DNA of 32,000 bases from Nitrososphaerota archaeon (GCA_016871995.1 VHBL01000005.1:1-32000), one strand, 5' to 3'; positions 1-8,424 are shown, counted from the first letter of the stretch. The notes: a model not told the origin generated them from the sequence alone. Numbers and translations are program-made.

Positions 1-1
1 A

Positions 2-403
2 TCCTTCTTCGAGCGAGCTTTACACAGGTATGGCTGGGTGGAAAAACGGTTTGATACGGAGATTGTAATCGATGGGAAATCTCGTGAGAATCCTACACAT
101 AAGATCGACCTTTACAAAAATCAAATAGCCTTAGAGATCGAATGGAATAACAAAGATCCGTTTTATGACCGTGATCTGAATAATTTCCGTATCCTTCATG
201 AACTAGGAATAATCAGTGTTGGAATCATGATAACCCGTAGCGATGAACTCCAAGATATTTTTGATAGGTTAGGCAAAGGTGCTTCATATGGGCCTAGCAC
301 CACTCACATGAGTAAGCTTCTACCCAGAATCGATGGAGGTGGAGCAGGAGGCTCCCCTATCCTTATATTCGGAATAACCAAGAAACTATATGTGAGTCAC
401 TAA
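2..403 (+). CDS. Type II restriction endonuclease, BglII/BamHI-like (5' end outside window)
   Basis: The frame is open from base 2, with no stop upstream of the track's GTG at 38, so the gene is cut by the window edge. The motif D-x8-E-x-E (HKIDLYKNQIALEIEW) followed by RDLNNF...GIISVGIMITR resembles the catalytic strand region of BglII/BamHI-type enzymes. The gene ends 16 bp before a DNA methyltransferase gene. Confidence 0.55.
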   Translation, partial: SFFERALHRYGWVEKRFDTEIVIDGKSRENPTHKIDLYKNQIALEIEWNNKDPFYDRDLNNFRILHELGIISVGIMITRSDELQDIFDRLGKGASYGPSTTHMSKLLPRIDGGGAGGSPILIFGITKKLYVSH

Positions 404-418
404 TCGAGGTGTGGAGGG

Positions 419-1081
419 ATGGCTACAGCTAGAGAAGATTTGTTATCAAAGGTGTCGGGTAAGTTCTCGACAATACTAATCGACCCACCTTGGTTCTTCA
501 ACAATAGAACAGGTAAGGTAGGGCCAGAGCATAAGAGGCTTTATCGTTATCCAATAATGACTATGGATGAAATCCTAGACCTTCCAATACCTGAATTTGT
601 CGCTCCAAAATGCCATCTCTACTTGTGGGTTCCAAATGCCCTTGTTAGTGAAGGATTGCAGGTCATGAACCATTGGGGATTTACGTACAAGACAAATTTG
701 ATCTGGTACAAAACTAGAAAGGATGGTGGGCCTGATCGCCGAGGTGTAGGTTTCTATTTCAGAAACGTGACTGAAATGGTTCTATTTGGTATCAAAGGCC
801 CAAACAATGAACCCGTCTTTCGGACTCGAAAACCTTGGAACATACCAAATATCATGATAGAGCCGAAAAGAAATCATTCAAGAAAACCTGACATACTCTA
901 CAAGATTATCGAGAGATGTAGTTATCCACCTTATTTAGAGCTCTTTGCAAGATACAAGAGACATGGATGGACACAATGGGGGAACGAGATGGATACAGCA
1001 CTAGCAGAGCTTTCACAAGGACAAAACCAGAATGGAACTCTTCACGAAATACCAACTGAATCGGTTCTTGTTTCCCCATAG
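419..1081 (+). CDS. MT-A70 family DNA methyltransferase (DPPW motif; N6-adenine or N4-cytosine)
   Basis: Carries the catalytic motif ILIDPPWFF. The typical MT-A70 pattern follows: YPIMTMDEILDLPI, CHLYLWVPNA, WGFTYKTNLIWYKT, TEMVLFGIKG. It is paired with the upstream REase-like ORF. Confidence 0.85.
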   Translation: MATAREDLLSKVSGKFSTILIDPPWFFNNRTGKVGPEHKRLYRYPIMTMDEILDLPIPEFVAPKCHLYLWVPNALVSEGLQVMNHWGFTYKTNLIWYKTRKDGGPDRRGVGFYFRNVTEMVLFGIKGPNNEPVFRTRKPWNIPNIMIEPKRNHSRKPDILYKIIERCSYPPYLELFARYKRHGWTQWGNEMDTALAELSQGQNQNGTLHEIPTESVLVSP

Positions 1082-1240
1082 TCAGCGACTAGCATTTTCT
1101 ATTATCGTTTTCCATTTGTTCTCTCCTTCGACCTTTATCCCGCAAACTTGATTAATCAATAATGATTAGGGCCTCCCCGCAAAGAGCAAGCCTAGTATAG
1201 TGCTGTTAGAACTCTATTTCTCCGGTCTTACCCCATGCCC

Positions 1241-2431
1241 TCACTGGCTAGAAGTTGTTAGAGTCTGCTTTTCCAGCTCCCTATCGAGTTTCCTTTCCAG
1301 CTTTGCAAGCCTGTATTCGAGCTTCTCTATCAATGATACCTTCTCCCTTAATGCTTGCTCCTTCTCTTCAGCTTCCCTCTTTCTTTTATCAGCTTCATCC
1401 CTTAGCTCTTCTATCGATTCCTCTAGCTCTTTGACCTTCTCCCCTTCGCTCATTATCGTCAATGCTGGAAGGGCCTTCCGATACTCTACTTCAAGCCTTG
1501 CTATGATCTCAGTAGGGATGTTATCTGAATCACCAACAAAGTAGGTCTGAGCGATGGAGGCTCTATGTCCCATAAAGAACTCGACAACATCGCCATTGAC
1601 TCCAGAAAGAGAACTCCAAGTTTTGAAGTATTTCCTAAGAGTATGAAAATGCAGAGTGTACCACTTCCTCCCCTTGACGGCCAGTCCTACCCTGCTTATT
1701 GTTCGCTGCCATTTCCATCTTCCCGCCCTTCCAGTAATTCTTTCACCAAGAGGTCTTTCTCCTACGATAACGAAACTATCGGGCCCGATAGTGTCACCCC
1801 TAAACTCTCTTTCCTTTAGATACCCCTTCAAAACTTCAGCGGCCTCAGGTGTAAGGAAGGTTACGAAACTTCTCCTGTTCTTGCTCATCTTTGAAGATAT
1901 CTTAATCGCTGGTACCTCTTTGGTTAGATCTACATGTTTCAGTTGGAGGGAGAGAATCATGTCCATTCGAAGTCCAGACGATATGCCGATCAGGGCGAAT
2001 ACCCGTTCTGCAAGACCTGCAGCACTTAGAGCCTGTTTCAATTCTGGCCTAGTAGGTATTTGATCAGTTTCAAATTTCCACTTTTTTGGGATTTCAATCC
2101 TATCTTCATCAAACTCTATTCCGTTAACCCTTAGCCATTTCATTACCCCAGCCATGTAAGATCTTGCAGTTGATCTGGAAGTCTGCCTTTTGTTGATGAG
2201 ATAATCGAAATAGTCATTTATCTTGGCGGGCCAGTCGTATCTAGTCTTGATAGCTGTGTCTGGTTCAAGACTTAGCCATTTGCAGAAATAGATGGTAGCA
2301 ACGACATAGAGCTCAACGGTTCTGTTGGAGCCTCCCTTTGTGAAGACACGCATAGCAAGCCTGTCAAGGCTCTTATTCTTCTTGACGGGATCTGAAAGGT
2401 TGTTTGGAATGGTTAGCTGCTCGCTCATCAA
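1241..2431 (-). CDS. Tyrosine recombinase/integrase with about 70-aa C-terminal coiled-coil extension
   Basis: Has an N-terminal SAM-like core-binding region. The catalytic region contains GLRMDMILSL, HFHTLRKYF (H-x-x-R) and MGHRASIAQTYF (catalytic Tyr). The tail EGEKVKELEESIEELRDEADKRKREAEEKEQALREKVSLIEKLEYRLAKLERKLDRELEK is heptad-like and charged. Confidence 0.85.
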   Translation of the reverse strand: MMSEQLTIPNNLSDPVKKNKSLDRLAMRVFTKGGSNRTVELYVVATIYFCKWLSLEPDTAIKTRYDWPAKINDYFDYLINKRQTSRSTARSYMAGVMKWLRVNGIEFDEDRIEIPKKWKFETDQIPTRPELKQALSAAGLAERVFALIGISSGLRMDMILSLQLKHVDLTKEVPAIKISSKMSKNRRSFVTFLTPEAAEVLKGYLKEREFRGDTIGPDSFVIVGERPLGERITGRAGRWKWQRTISRVGLAVKGRKWYTLHFHTLRKYFKTWSSLSGVNGDVVEFFMGHRASIAQTYFVGDSDNIPTEIIARLEVEYRKALPALTIMSEGEKVKELEESIEELRDEADKRKREAEEKEQALREKVSLIEKLEYRLAKLERKLDRELEKQTLTTSSQ

Positions 2432-2453
2432 AAGGATTTATAGAAGCACCTAG

Positions 2454-2460
2454 TATAAAA
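2454..2460 (+). promoter_or_regulatory. TATA box (TATAAAA) for the gamma-CA-like gene
   Basis: TATAAAA lies about 19-25 nt upstream of the ATG at 2479. This spacing fits archaeal leaderless or short-leader transcription. Confidence 0.4.
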
Positions 2461-2478
2461 GATTAGAGGAAAGCACGA

Positions 2479-2985
2479 ATGCCACTACTTGCGTTCAGCG
2501 GGAAGAAGCCAAAGGTTCACAAGAGCGCATACATCGCAAAAAGTGCTACGCTTATTGGAGATGTTACTATTGGTGCAAAGAGCAGCATCTGGCCAAACGC
2601 GGTGCTAAGAGGAGATGTCTGCAAAATAGTCATCGGCGACAGAACCAGCATCCAAGATAACGCAACGGTGCATGGAGATCTGGGTGATTTGGTGCGTATA
2701 GGGGATGGGGTCACGGTGGGACATAATGCCATACTCCACGGCTGCAAAGTCAGCAACAACGTCATAATTGGCATGCACTCTACAGTTTTATCAGCAGAAA
2801 TTGGAGAATACTGCATTGTCGGTGCTGGCGCGGTTGTCCTTGATGGCGTGAAAGTGCCTGAAGGGACCCTTGTTGTGGGAGTACCTGCAAAAGAAGCCAA
2901 AAAGTTGGGAGAAAAAGAGAGAAAGAGGATTGATGGCAACGCCCTCGCATATGTGAAGCTTATAGAAGGCTACAAATCTAGTTGA
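2479..2985 (+). CDS. Gamma-class carbonic anhydrase-like / left-handed beta-helix (hexapeptide repeat) protein
   Basis: The N-terminus ...KPKVHKSAYIAKSATLIGDVTIGAKSSIWPNAVLRGDV..IVIGDRTSIQDNATVH is typical of the YrdA/PaaY/CamH family. Hexapeptide periodicity runs throughout. Confidence 0.85.
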   Translation: MPLLAFSGKKPKVHKSAYIAKSATLIGDVTIGAKSSIWPNAVLRGDVCKIVIGDRTSIQDNATVHGDLGDLVRIGDGVTVGHNAILHGCKVSNNVIIGMHSTVLSAEIGEYCIVGAGAVVLDGVKVPEGTLVVGVPAKEAKKLGEKERKRIDGNALAYVKLIEGYKSS

Positions 2986-3991
2986 TTCCCATGGTCTTGT
3001 TCGTCAGTGCCATCGATTCTGACTTTGACGCTGAACCCGTTATGGCTCTGATAGCATCAACGTTCTCTGGAACCACTATGGATTCTTGGTGCACGCCCAT
3101 GAAGAAGTACGCCTCTCCATCAACAACTTTGATGGATTCCTTCCATATGGCTGGTTCGTAGAGGTCGCCTCTGTTCCTTCCTAATTCTCTTGCATAGTCC
3201 ATAACGTGCGCAGTGGCTTTGATGCCATCCTTCTGGCTCACGAGCAGGATCCTTGGGGCTTCCTTAAAGGCACCTATGATCCTATCTTCCGTGACTCCAT
3301 TTTCTTTCAAAGACACTATTACGCTGTGCAGGTGCATATGTGTTGTCGGAATCTTGTATGCCATGGTGACTATTGGAATATGCGGGAGAACTGTCTGAAC
3401 GTCTGGGCCATGGTGAGAAGGAATTGTTACTGGATCAAGATTAACTGAATCTATTGGACCTTTTGTTGGTTCATCCGGGTCAGAGGCCCTTCTTGCTATG
3501 ACAACTCTTACCCTTTTTACACCGAAAGCCTGATCAAGAGTGTGCAATGTTCGCGAGAGGCCTGTTGTATTACATGAAACTGCTCTTACAAACTGCTTTC
3601 CTTTTGCTAAATCGTAATTGCATTGAGCTACGAACGAAACTTCTGCAATATCGTGCTCTTCTCCACCTTGAAATATGGCCTTCTTGCCCGCTTTTTTGTA
3701 CATCTCCTTGTATGCTGCACCTACATCCTCTGGAGTTGAATCGACTATTACATCCACTTGTGATAGAAGGTCGTTAATAGTTCCACCTGCTTTATACCCC
3801 GCATCCTTGAACGACTGCACAGATTTGTCATCGACGCCGAATAACGTGTAGCCTTTCTGCGCCGCTATTCTTGCTTTATAGTCTGGTTTTGTCTTCACTA
3901 CACCCATAAGTTTCATGTCAGTCTGCTTTGCTACGACATCTGCTACTCTTCTTCCTATGGTGCCGAAACCGTTTACGCCGACTCTAATCAT
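2978..3991 (-). CDS. gap: Glyceraldehyde-3-phosphate dehydrogenase, archaeal type II
   Basis: MIRVGVNGFGTIGRRVADVV is a Rossmann N-terminus. The motif VSCNTTGL carries the active-site Cys. At 337 aa it has the typical archaeal GAPDH length and sequence pattern. Confidence 0.9.
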   Translation of the reverse strand: MIRVGVNGFGTIGRRVADVVAKQTDMKLMGVVKTKPDYKARIAAQKGYTLFGVDDKSVQSFKDAGYKAGGTINDLLSQVDVIVDSTPEDVGAAYKEMYKKAGKKAIFQGGEEHDIAEVSFVAQCNYDLAKGKQFVRAVSCNTTGLSRTLHTLDQAFGVKRVRVVIARRASDPDEPTKGPIDSVNLDPVTIPSHHGPDVQTVLPHIPIVTMAYKIPTTHMHLHSVIVSLKENGVTEDRIIGAFKEAPRILLVSQKDGIKATAHVMDYARELGRNRGDLYEPAIWKESIKVVDGEAYFFMGVHQESIVVPENVDAIRAITGSASKSESMALTNKTMGIN

Positions 3992-4261
3992 ATCAAACCT
4001 TCAGTATTGGTAGATTTAAGTTTCACGATTAATATCAAAACTTATCGGATTTGTCTAACCGTTTAATTTCCAGAATGTCTACTTGGCAGTCAGGTTTGGT
4101 TCATCCTTTTGGCTTAGTTGGGGTTATGCTAAAGAGTGTCTATTACTTGTCCAAAATAAGGTTCAATGGTAGCAGATTAATTAGATTAGTATGATTAATC
4201 TTACTTATATGTATGGTTATTAAAGAAAGTTTGGAATAGGCATCCTGATGCATTATAGGTA

Positions 4262-4514
4262 ATGAAAATTAGAGAAGATGGATGGACCATTGACATTGGC
4301 GAAGATGGCTCATTACAATTACATAAAATTGTTTCAAGATCCAAATTTCCGTAGCCATGACCATGATTGAGCATAGATCAAGCTCAGACGCCACGAAAGG
4401 AACTAAAGAATACATGGCATGGGCAGAACCGTTGTAGAAATTGCTAGTACGATTCTCGCCAGTGCAAGCCTTCTGCTATGCTTGGCTATTTCTTTAGTTA
4501 AACGACTGTTTTGA
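4262..4514 (+). pseudogene. Possible frame-broken remnant of a small tail-anchored membrane protein
   Basis: Three short ORFs lie head-to-tail in three different frames. They are 4262-4354 (MKIREDGWTIDIGEDGSLQLHKIVSRSKFP), 4357-4437 (MTMIEHRSSSDATKGTKEYMAWAEPL) and 4419-4514 (MGRTVVEIASTILASASLLLCLAISLVKRLF). Two frameshift corrections would join them into one ORF of about 85 aa. Confidence 0.3.
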
Positions 4515-4590
4515 TATGTGACTAATGTTAGCGTGTATCCCAAGTTCCGAAATTGCAAGATGGAACCGACTAAGCAGATCCCCGTAGAAA

Positions 4591-4780
4591 TTATCGTCTC
4601 GGCAGGACTTCGGTTTTGTCGAGTTCTTGCGCTTTCATTCTCTCCTGTGTTTCTTCTACAATCCTACCGATCTGCTCTATCGTTCTTTGTATAATAATAG
4701 ATCCCCTCGGCAAGTTTCTTTAGTTCTGATTCAACCTGCTCATCTATAGCCTGTTTGATAAGATTTCTTGGTGCTAGCAT
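4591..4780 (-). pseudogene. Possible frame-broken remnant of a small helical protein
   Basis: ORF 4664-4780 reads MLAPRNLIKQAIDEQVESELKKLAEGIYYYTKNDRADR. It overlaps a second frame reading IQRTIEQIGRIVEETQERMKAQELDKTEVLPRR, which stops at 4591. One frameshift would join them. Confidence 0.3.
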
Positions 4781-5428
4781 GGAATATCTGCTTTATCGCC
4801 CGAGATGCGGCACTCGAAGCGGACACCATCTAAAGGAGACAGGTACAAATAAATGCACTTTTCGCATTGCTCCCTGTTTCTTAGGTAAACTCTGTTTTAC
4901 CTGTATCGACATCGATATCGACGTTGATTATAACCTGCCTAGTTCATCCGACTACCGCATCTAGCACTGCAAATAACTTCGCTATTAGATGCCGTTTCTG
5001 ATATGACCGTTAAATCAGCATAATTCCAAGAATTGCGAATATAGAACAGCAACTGCTAATATCGCATACCATCAGAAAACCGTCAGATATTCCCTAGTGT
5101 ATAGATACCTATCACTGATAAGCAATAGCACGTTTACCCCAACCTGTTTTGATCGGCAATATTTTCTGCACGATTATCGCAAATTAGGGACGAAATATTT
5201 CTGATGATTTTCACTGACAATTTTTTACCTTGGCACGCCTGCGTAGGTATATTTTCTTTGCACGTTTCTGGTACGCTACCCCATGGGGTAAAGATGACAG
5301 ACTATGCTAGGGTCAAATGCATTTGGTTTGCAGTTTCCTAGCTCAATCAATAGTTATCCAGTTAGCTTTTGGAGGCGTGATCTTTCAAAGCTAGGCGAAA
5401 CCGCCTTTTGGAGTTGTTAGAGCTATGA

Positions 5429-5944
5429 TTATGACATCTTACGCTGCTCGTACTGCTTACGCCACCCGTACCTTGTCATGCCGCGCGGCTTGTACACATT
5501 AAGCACCGTGATCACGAGCAATACCAGCAGGCCTCCTCCGGCGTGAAAGAGGTCACCCCCAAGCCCACCAGCAAGGTCAGCGTCATCTGCTCTCCGGACC
5601 ATCTCCGCCAGGGAGCTTACGTCGGGTATGTGCTCTAGCAATACGACGGTTATAGCGACAGTCAATACGAATGTGATCAGGACCCAATAGTGCCGAAACA
5701 AACCCCACGGAGTGCCTAGTGCCATGACAAGCCCTGTTAGGTTAGAGGCCAAAGCCAATGGAACGATGACAGACCAGCCGATCAACTCCATTCCGACCCA
5801 GGCAGTACGCACCATCTCAGCGCCTTGGCTAGTGACAGCGGAAACACCGAGCGCTAAGTACGCAACGACCGAGCCGATCCAGCCAACCGAGAAAGTGAGA
5901 TGTACGGCAAGCGCGAACTTGCGGAGACCGGGTCTCATTATCAT
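5429..5944 (-). CDS. Integral membrane protein, about 4 TM (DUF2269-like, tentative)
   Basis: Four clear hydrophobic segments. The sequence is visibly more GC-rich than its flanks. The family name comes from memory of similar small 4-TM proteins and is not verified. Confidence 0.65.
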   Translation of the reverse strand: MIMRPGLRKFALAVHLTFSVGWIGSVVAYLALGVSAVTSQGAEMVRTAWVGMELIGWSVIVPLALASNLTGLVMALGTPWGLFRHYWVLITFVLTVAITVVLLEHIPDVSSLAEMVRRADDADLAGGLGGDLFHAGGGLLVLLVITVLNVYKPRGMTRYGWRKQYEQRKMS

Positions 5945-5983
5945 AACTTTTGCATCCAGTGTTCTATTGCTGTGATATCTAGA

Positions 5984-6166
5984 TCAGGGGCCATGGACGC
6001 CAGGAGACGGGTTGTGAAAACCAAGAGCCGTAGCCACCAAAAGCACAACTACGACCACAATAACGATTATCCCAGACACCTTTACCCAGCGTGGTATGCC
6101 AGGGTACTCAAGATCTGGCCCCGTGCCGGTGGCGGTATTAGAATTGGGGTTGCCAGTGTCAGTCAT
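5984..6166 (-). CDS. Small single-pass membrane protein (60 aa)
   Basis: I prefer the internal ATG at 6166 (MTDTGNPNSNTATGTGPDLEYPGIPRWVKVSGIIVIVVVVVLLVATALGF...) over the track start at 6310. The GC-rich, coding-like composition begins near 6190, and the upstream part is AT-rich and intergenic-like. Confidence 0.45.
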   Translation of the reverse strand: MTDTGNPNSNTATGTGPDLEYPGIPRWVKVSGIIVIVVVVVLLVATALGFHNPSPGVHGP

Positions 6167-6310
6167 CTTCGTCGCTATCTGCAGTAGGAGTTCGTCTAAA
6201 ATTAGCCTAATACTGATGAATCTTTTGGTGAATCCCACCAAGTAGGCAGTCAGGACAGTTATTCCATACCCGTGCATAATCATTTTCCGGTTAATCACTC
6301 GTTTGGTCAT

Positions 6311-6329
6311 TATCTTATCTACTAAGATA
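6311..6329. promoter_or_regulatory. Inverted repeat TATCTT-n7-AAGATA, candidate MarR operator
   Basis: Seen directly in the divergent region between marR (6373) and the membrane-gene pair. MarR-family operators are typically short palindromes. Confidence 0.25.
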
Positions 6330-6372
6330 GTGATAGGCTAATATATTTCTATTTCTACCTTGACTGTTAATC

Positions 6373-6849
6373 ATGAAGCGGGAAGAAATTATGCAGGCTA
6401 TTAACGACAGGTTTAGAGAGATGTCAATTGAAACAATCATGTTTCACCAAGCCGTAGCCGATGTACTTGGCCTGCACATTACTGACCATAAATCCCTGGA
6501 TCTTATCAACCGTTTCGGAGCCATGCCGGCAGGTAGGCTTGCCGAGCTGACTGGCTTGACTACTGGTGCGGTAACGGGAATTATTGACCGCTTAGAAGAA
6601 GCGGGTTATGTAAAAAGGATAAACGATCCCAAAGATAGGCGTCGAACCATTATTGAACCTACCAGAAACAGGAAATTGGAAAGAAAAATTGAAGGGATCT
6701 TCATGCCTCTCCATGAGAGAATGCATCAGCTTCTGTCTCCACACTCTGAAACTGAATTGGCTTTCCTGCTTGACACAACAACGAAATTCATAGACCGGTT
6801 ACGCGGAGAATCAAGAAGATTGCGAAGTGCGGAAAATAATCAGAAGTGA
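6373..6849 (+). CDS. MarR family transcriptional regulator
   Basis: wHTH region LAELTGLTTGAVTGIIDRLEEAGYVKRINDPKDRRRTIIEPT, the classic MarR recognition helix plus DRR wing. Confidence 0.85.
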   Translation: MKREEIMQAINDRFREMSIETIMFHQAVADVLGLHITDHKSLDLINRFGAMPAGRLAELTGLTTGAVTGIIDRLEEAGYVKRINDPKDRRRTIIEPTRNRKLERKIEGIFMPLHERMHQLLSPHSETELAFLLDTTTKFIDRLRGESRRLRSAENNQK

Positions 6850-7067
6850 CTTGTAGTTTTTCGACCTTTAAGCCAACTTGGGCTTATGAAAATTAAAACT
6901 AGTTTCTATCTTACAATTCATCTACACTCTCCTCCCGGTAGCGATACCTATAGGCGGACCCCAGTTGCTCAGCAGCGTCACAAGTTCCGTTTACATTTAA
7001 GAAAATACAGTTAACACTAAGAATTAAAGTGTAAGGGAGATACTCCCCAATATCTCCCCCTGTCGTC

Positions 7068-7310
7068 CTACCTGTATGAATGCGAGTCTGACCTGTAGGC
7101 CCAGAACATTATTACTATCAGAGTCACCATTGAGCTGGCCATACCCGTTATTGTGGCGCCGACTATCTGGCTGTCCAATCCCAGAAGGAATGGAACCAGA
7201 GATACGATCACACTGCTCATGGCAGGATACGCTAGATATGCTATGAAACCCAGCATAAATCCTGCGAACCATACGGCGATAATTCCAGTAAAGCGTTTCA
7301 TTTTTATCAT
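7068..7310 (-). CDS. Small membrane protein (2-3 TM), unknown function
   Basis: Hydrophobic segments FTGIIAVWFAGFMLGFIAYLAY, VIVSLVPFLLGL and MASSMVTLIVIMFWAY. I prefer the ATG at 7310 over the TTG at 7349. Confidence 0.5.
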   Translation of the reverse strand: MIKMKRFTGIIAVWFAGFMLGFIAYLAYPAMSSVIVSLVPFLLGLDSQIVGATITGMASSMVTLIVIMFWAYRSDSHSYR

Positions 7311-7432
7311 GCTAGAATAAGTGCCGATTGTTTTATGATGCAGGCGCAAATTCGATTAACCATGTGGTCAATTATTGTTTTATCTGCATAAGCATCCGTA
7401 GAATGCGATAACAAATAGATAAATTCGATACG

Positions 7433-7440
7433 TATAAATA
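7433..7440 (+). promoter_or_regulatory. TATA box (TATAAATA) upstream of the AbrB-like gene
   Basis: Lies 32-39 nt upstream of the ATG at 7472 and is followed by an A-run. Confidence 0.4.
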
Positions 7441-7471
7441 AAAAAAGTAAGATGATAGTGCCAGAACATCC

Positions 7472-7702
7472 ATGAGCGAGGTTACAGTTGATACTACAAG
7501 GGTTTCTGAAAGAGGGCAGGTGGTAATACCAAAAGATGTCAGAGATAGGATGGGACTGGACATAGGTACAAGACTGCTGGTAGTTGCTACCAACGATGCG
7601 ATAATCTTGCAGAAAGTTGATCTTGCGGCAGAGCGGCTCAGGGCGTGGGACTTGCTGGAGAAGGCAAGGATGATAGTGCAGAAGCTAGGCCTGAAGAAAT
7701 AA
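7472..7702 (+). CDS. AbrB/MazE/SpoVT-type DNA-binding protein (antitoxin-like)
   Basis: VSERGQVVIPKDVRDRMGLDIGTRLLVVATNDAIIL is the swapped-hairpin AbrB/VapB signature. Confidence 0.8.
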   Translation: MSEVTVDTTRVSERGQVVIPKDVRDRMGLDIGTRLLVVATNDAIILQKVDLAAERLRAWDLLEKARMIVQKLGLKK

Positions 7703-7713
7703 CGTGCATAGTC

Positions 7714-8424
7714 TTGCTGCATAGAATCGTCATTGCCTTGGTGATGCTAGGCATAGCGTCATACTTGGATGTAAAATCCAGAGAGGTTCCAGACAGATTC
7801 TGGATCCCCTTTTTTGCTATTGGTGCAATACTGACAAGTTATGATTTCTACCTTAGCACTTCTGGCTATGACATTCTGCAGTTGGCGGTTGCAATTGGAT
7901 TAACGTCAGGTTTGTCTTGGGCAGTTTACTTTCTGCATCTTTATGGAGGGGCTGACGCAAAGGCATTAACAACGCTCTCCATCCTGTTTCCCATATACAG
8001 CTCCGCAGCAACGTTCCACGGTTTTGGTGCCTTGACAGCATTTACAAATGCGATCCTGCTTTCTGCTTTGCTTCCAATTTTCTTTCTGCTACTCAATGCG
8101 TTCAAGATTGCAAAGGGCGAAAAAATCTTCCAAGATTTTGACGATGGCAAGGCATCAAAGATCAAAGCGGCCATCTTGGGCACACGTAGAAAGCATGCAG
8201 GAAGGTTCGACTATAGCCTTGAAAAGACTGTTGACGGGAAGAGAAGGTTCAACATCTCGTTGGGAAAGATTGACGAAGACTTCGCAACTGGCAGCGACAT
8301 ATGGGTGAGCCCAGGTATACCCTTGCTTGTCTTTGTCCTGCTAGGATTTATTGCAACCATATTATTTGGAGACCTGCTATTTACGATGCTCTCCAGCATA
8401 TTCAGCATGATTTACAGAACCTGA
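7714..8424 (+). CDS. Type IV prepilin / preflagellin (archaellin) peptidase, A24 family
   Basis: Multi-TM protein. The first catalytic Asp context is IASYLDVKSREVPD. The second is YGGADAKAL, a GxGD-type variant. I prefer the TTG at 7714 because the track start at 7645 overlaps the AbrB gene. Confidence 0.75.
   Translation: MLHRIVIALVMLGIASYLDVKSREVPDRFWIPFFAIGAILTSYDFYLSTSGYDILQLAVAIGLTSGLSWAVYFLHLYGGADAKALTTLSILFPIYSSAATFHGFGALTAFTNAILLSALLPIFFLLLNAFKIAKGEKIFQDFDDGKASKIKAAILGTRRKHAGRFDYSLEKTVDGKRRFNISLGKIDEDFATGSDIWVSPGIPLLVFVLLGFIATILFGDLLFTMLSSIFSMIYRT

Noticed and set aside
1200-1544. 114-aa Ser/Leu-rich ORF on the plus strand
   Set aside because: It is the antisense shadow of the integrase's Glu/Lys-rich coiled-coil region. 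It is low-complexity and has no independent support.
4755-4964. 69-aa plus-strand ORF containing IDIDIDVD
   Set aside because: That stretch is produced by the ATCGAY tandem/palindrome. The rest of the ORF is Cys/Arg-rich and non-protein-like, and it lies in the decayed region.
6167-6310. N-terminal 48 codons of track ORF 5984-6310
   Set aside because: The stretch is AT-rich and intergenic-like, and it contains the candidate MarR operator. The GC-rich coding-like part begins at the internal ATG at 6166.
7024-7272. 82-aa minus-strand ORF
   Set aside because: It overlaps the more plausible membrane-protein frame (7068-7310), and its sequence lacks hydrophobic-helix or other protein-like character.
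7433-7447. Identical 15-mer TATAAATAAAAAAAG here and at 11780-11794, considered as a mobile-element or repeat signature
   Set aside because: Both copies sit in promoter/terminator positions of AT-rich spacers. On the opposite strand each gives a TATA box plus an oligo-T tract. A simple regulatory low-complexity sequence is the more economical explanation.
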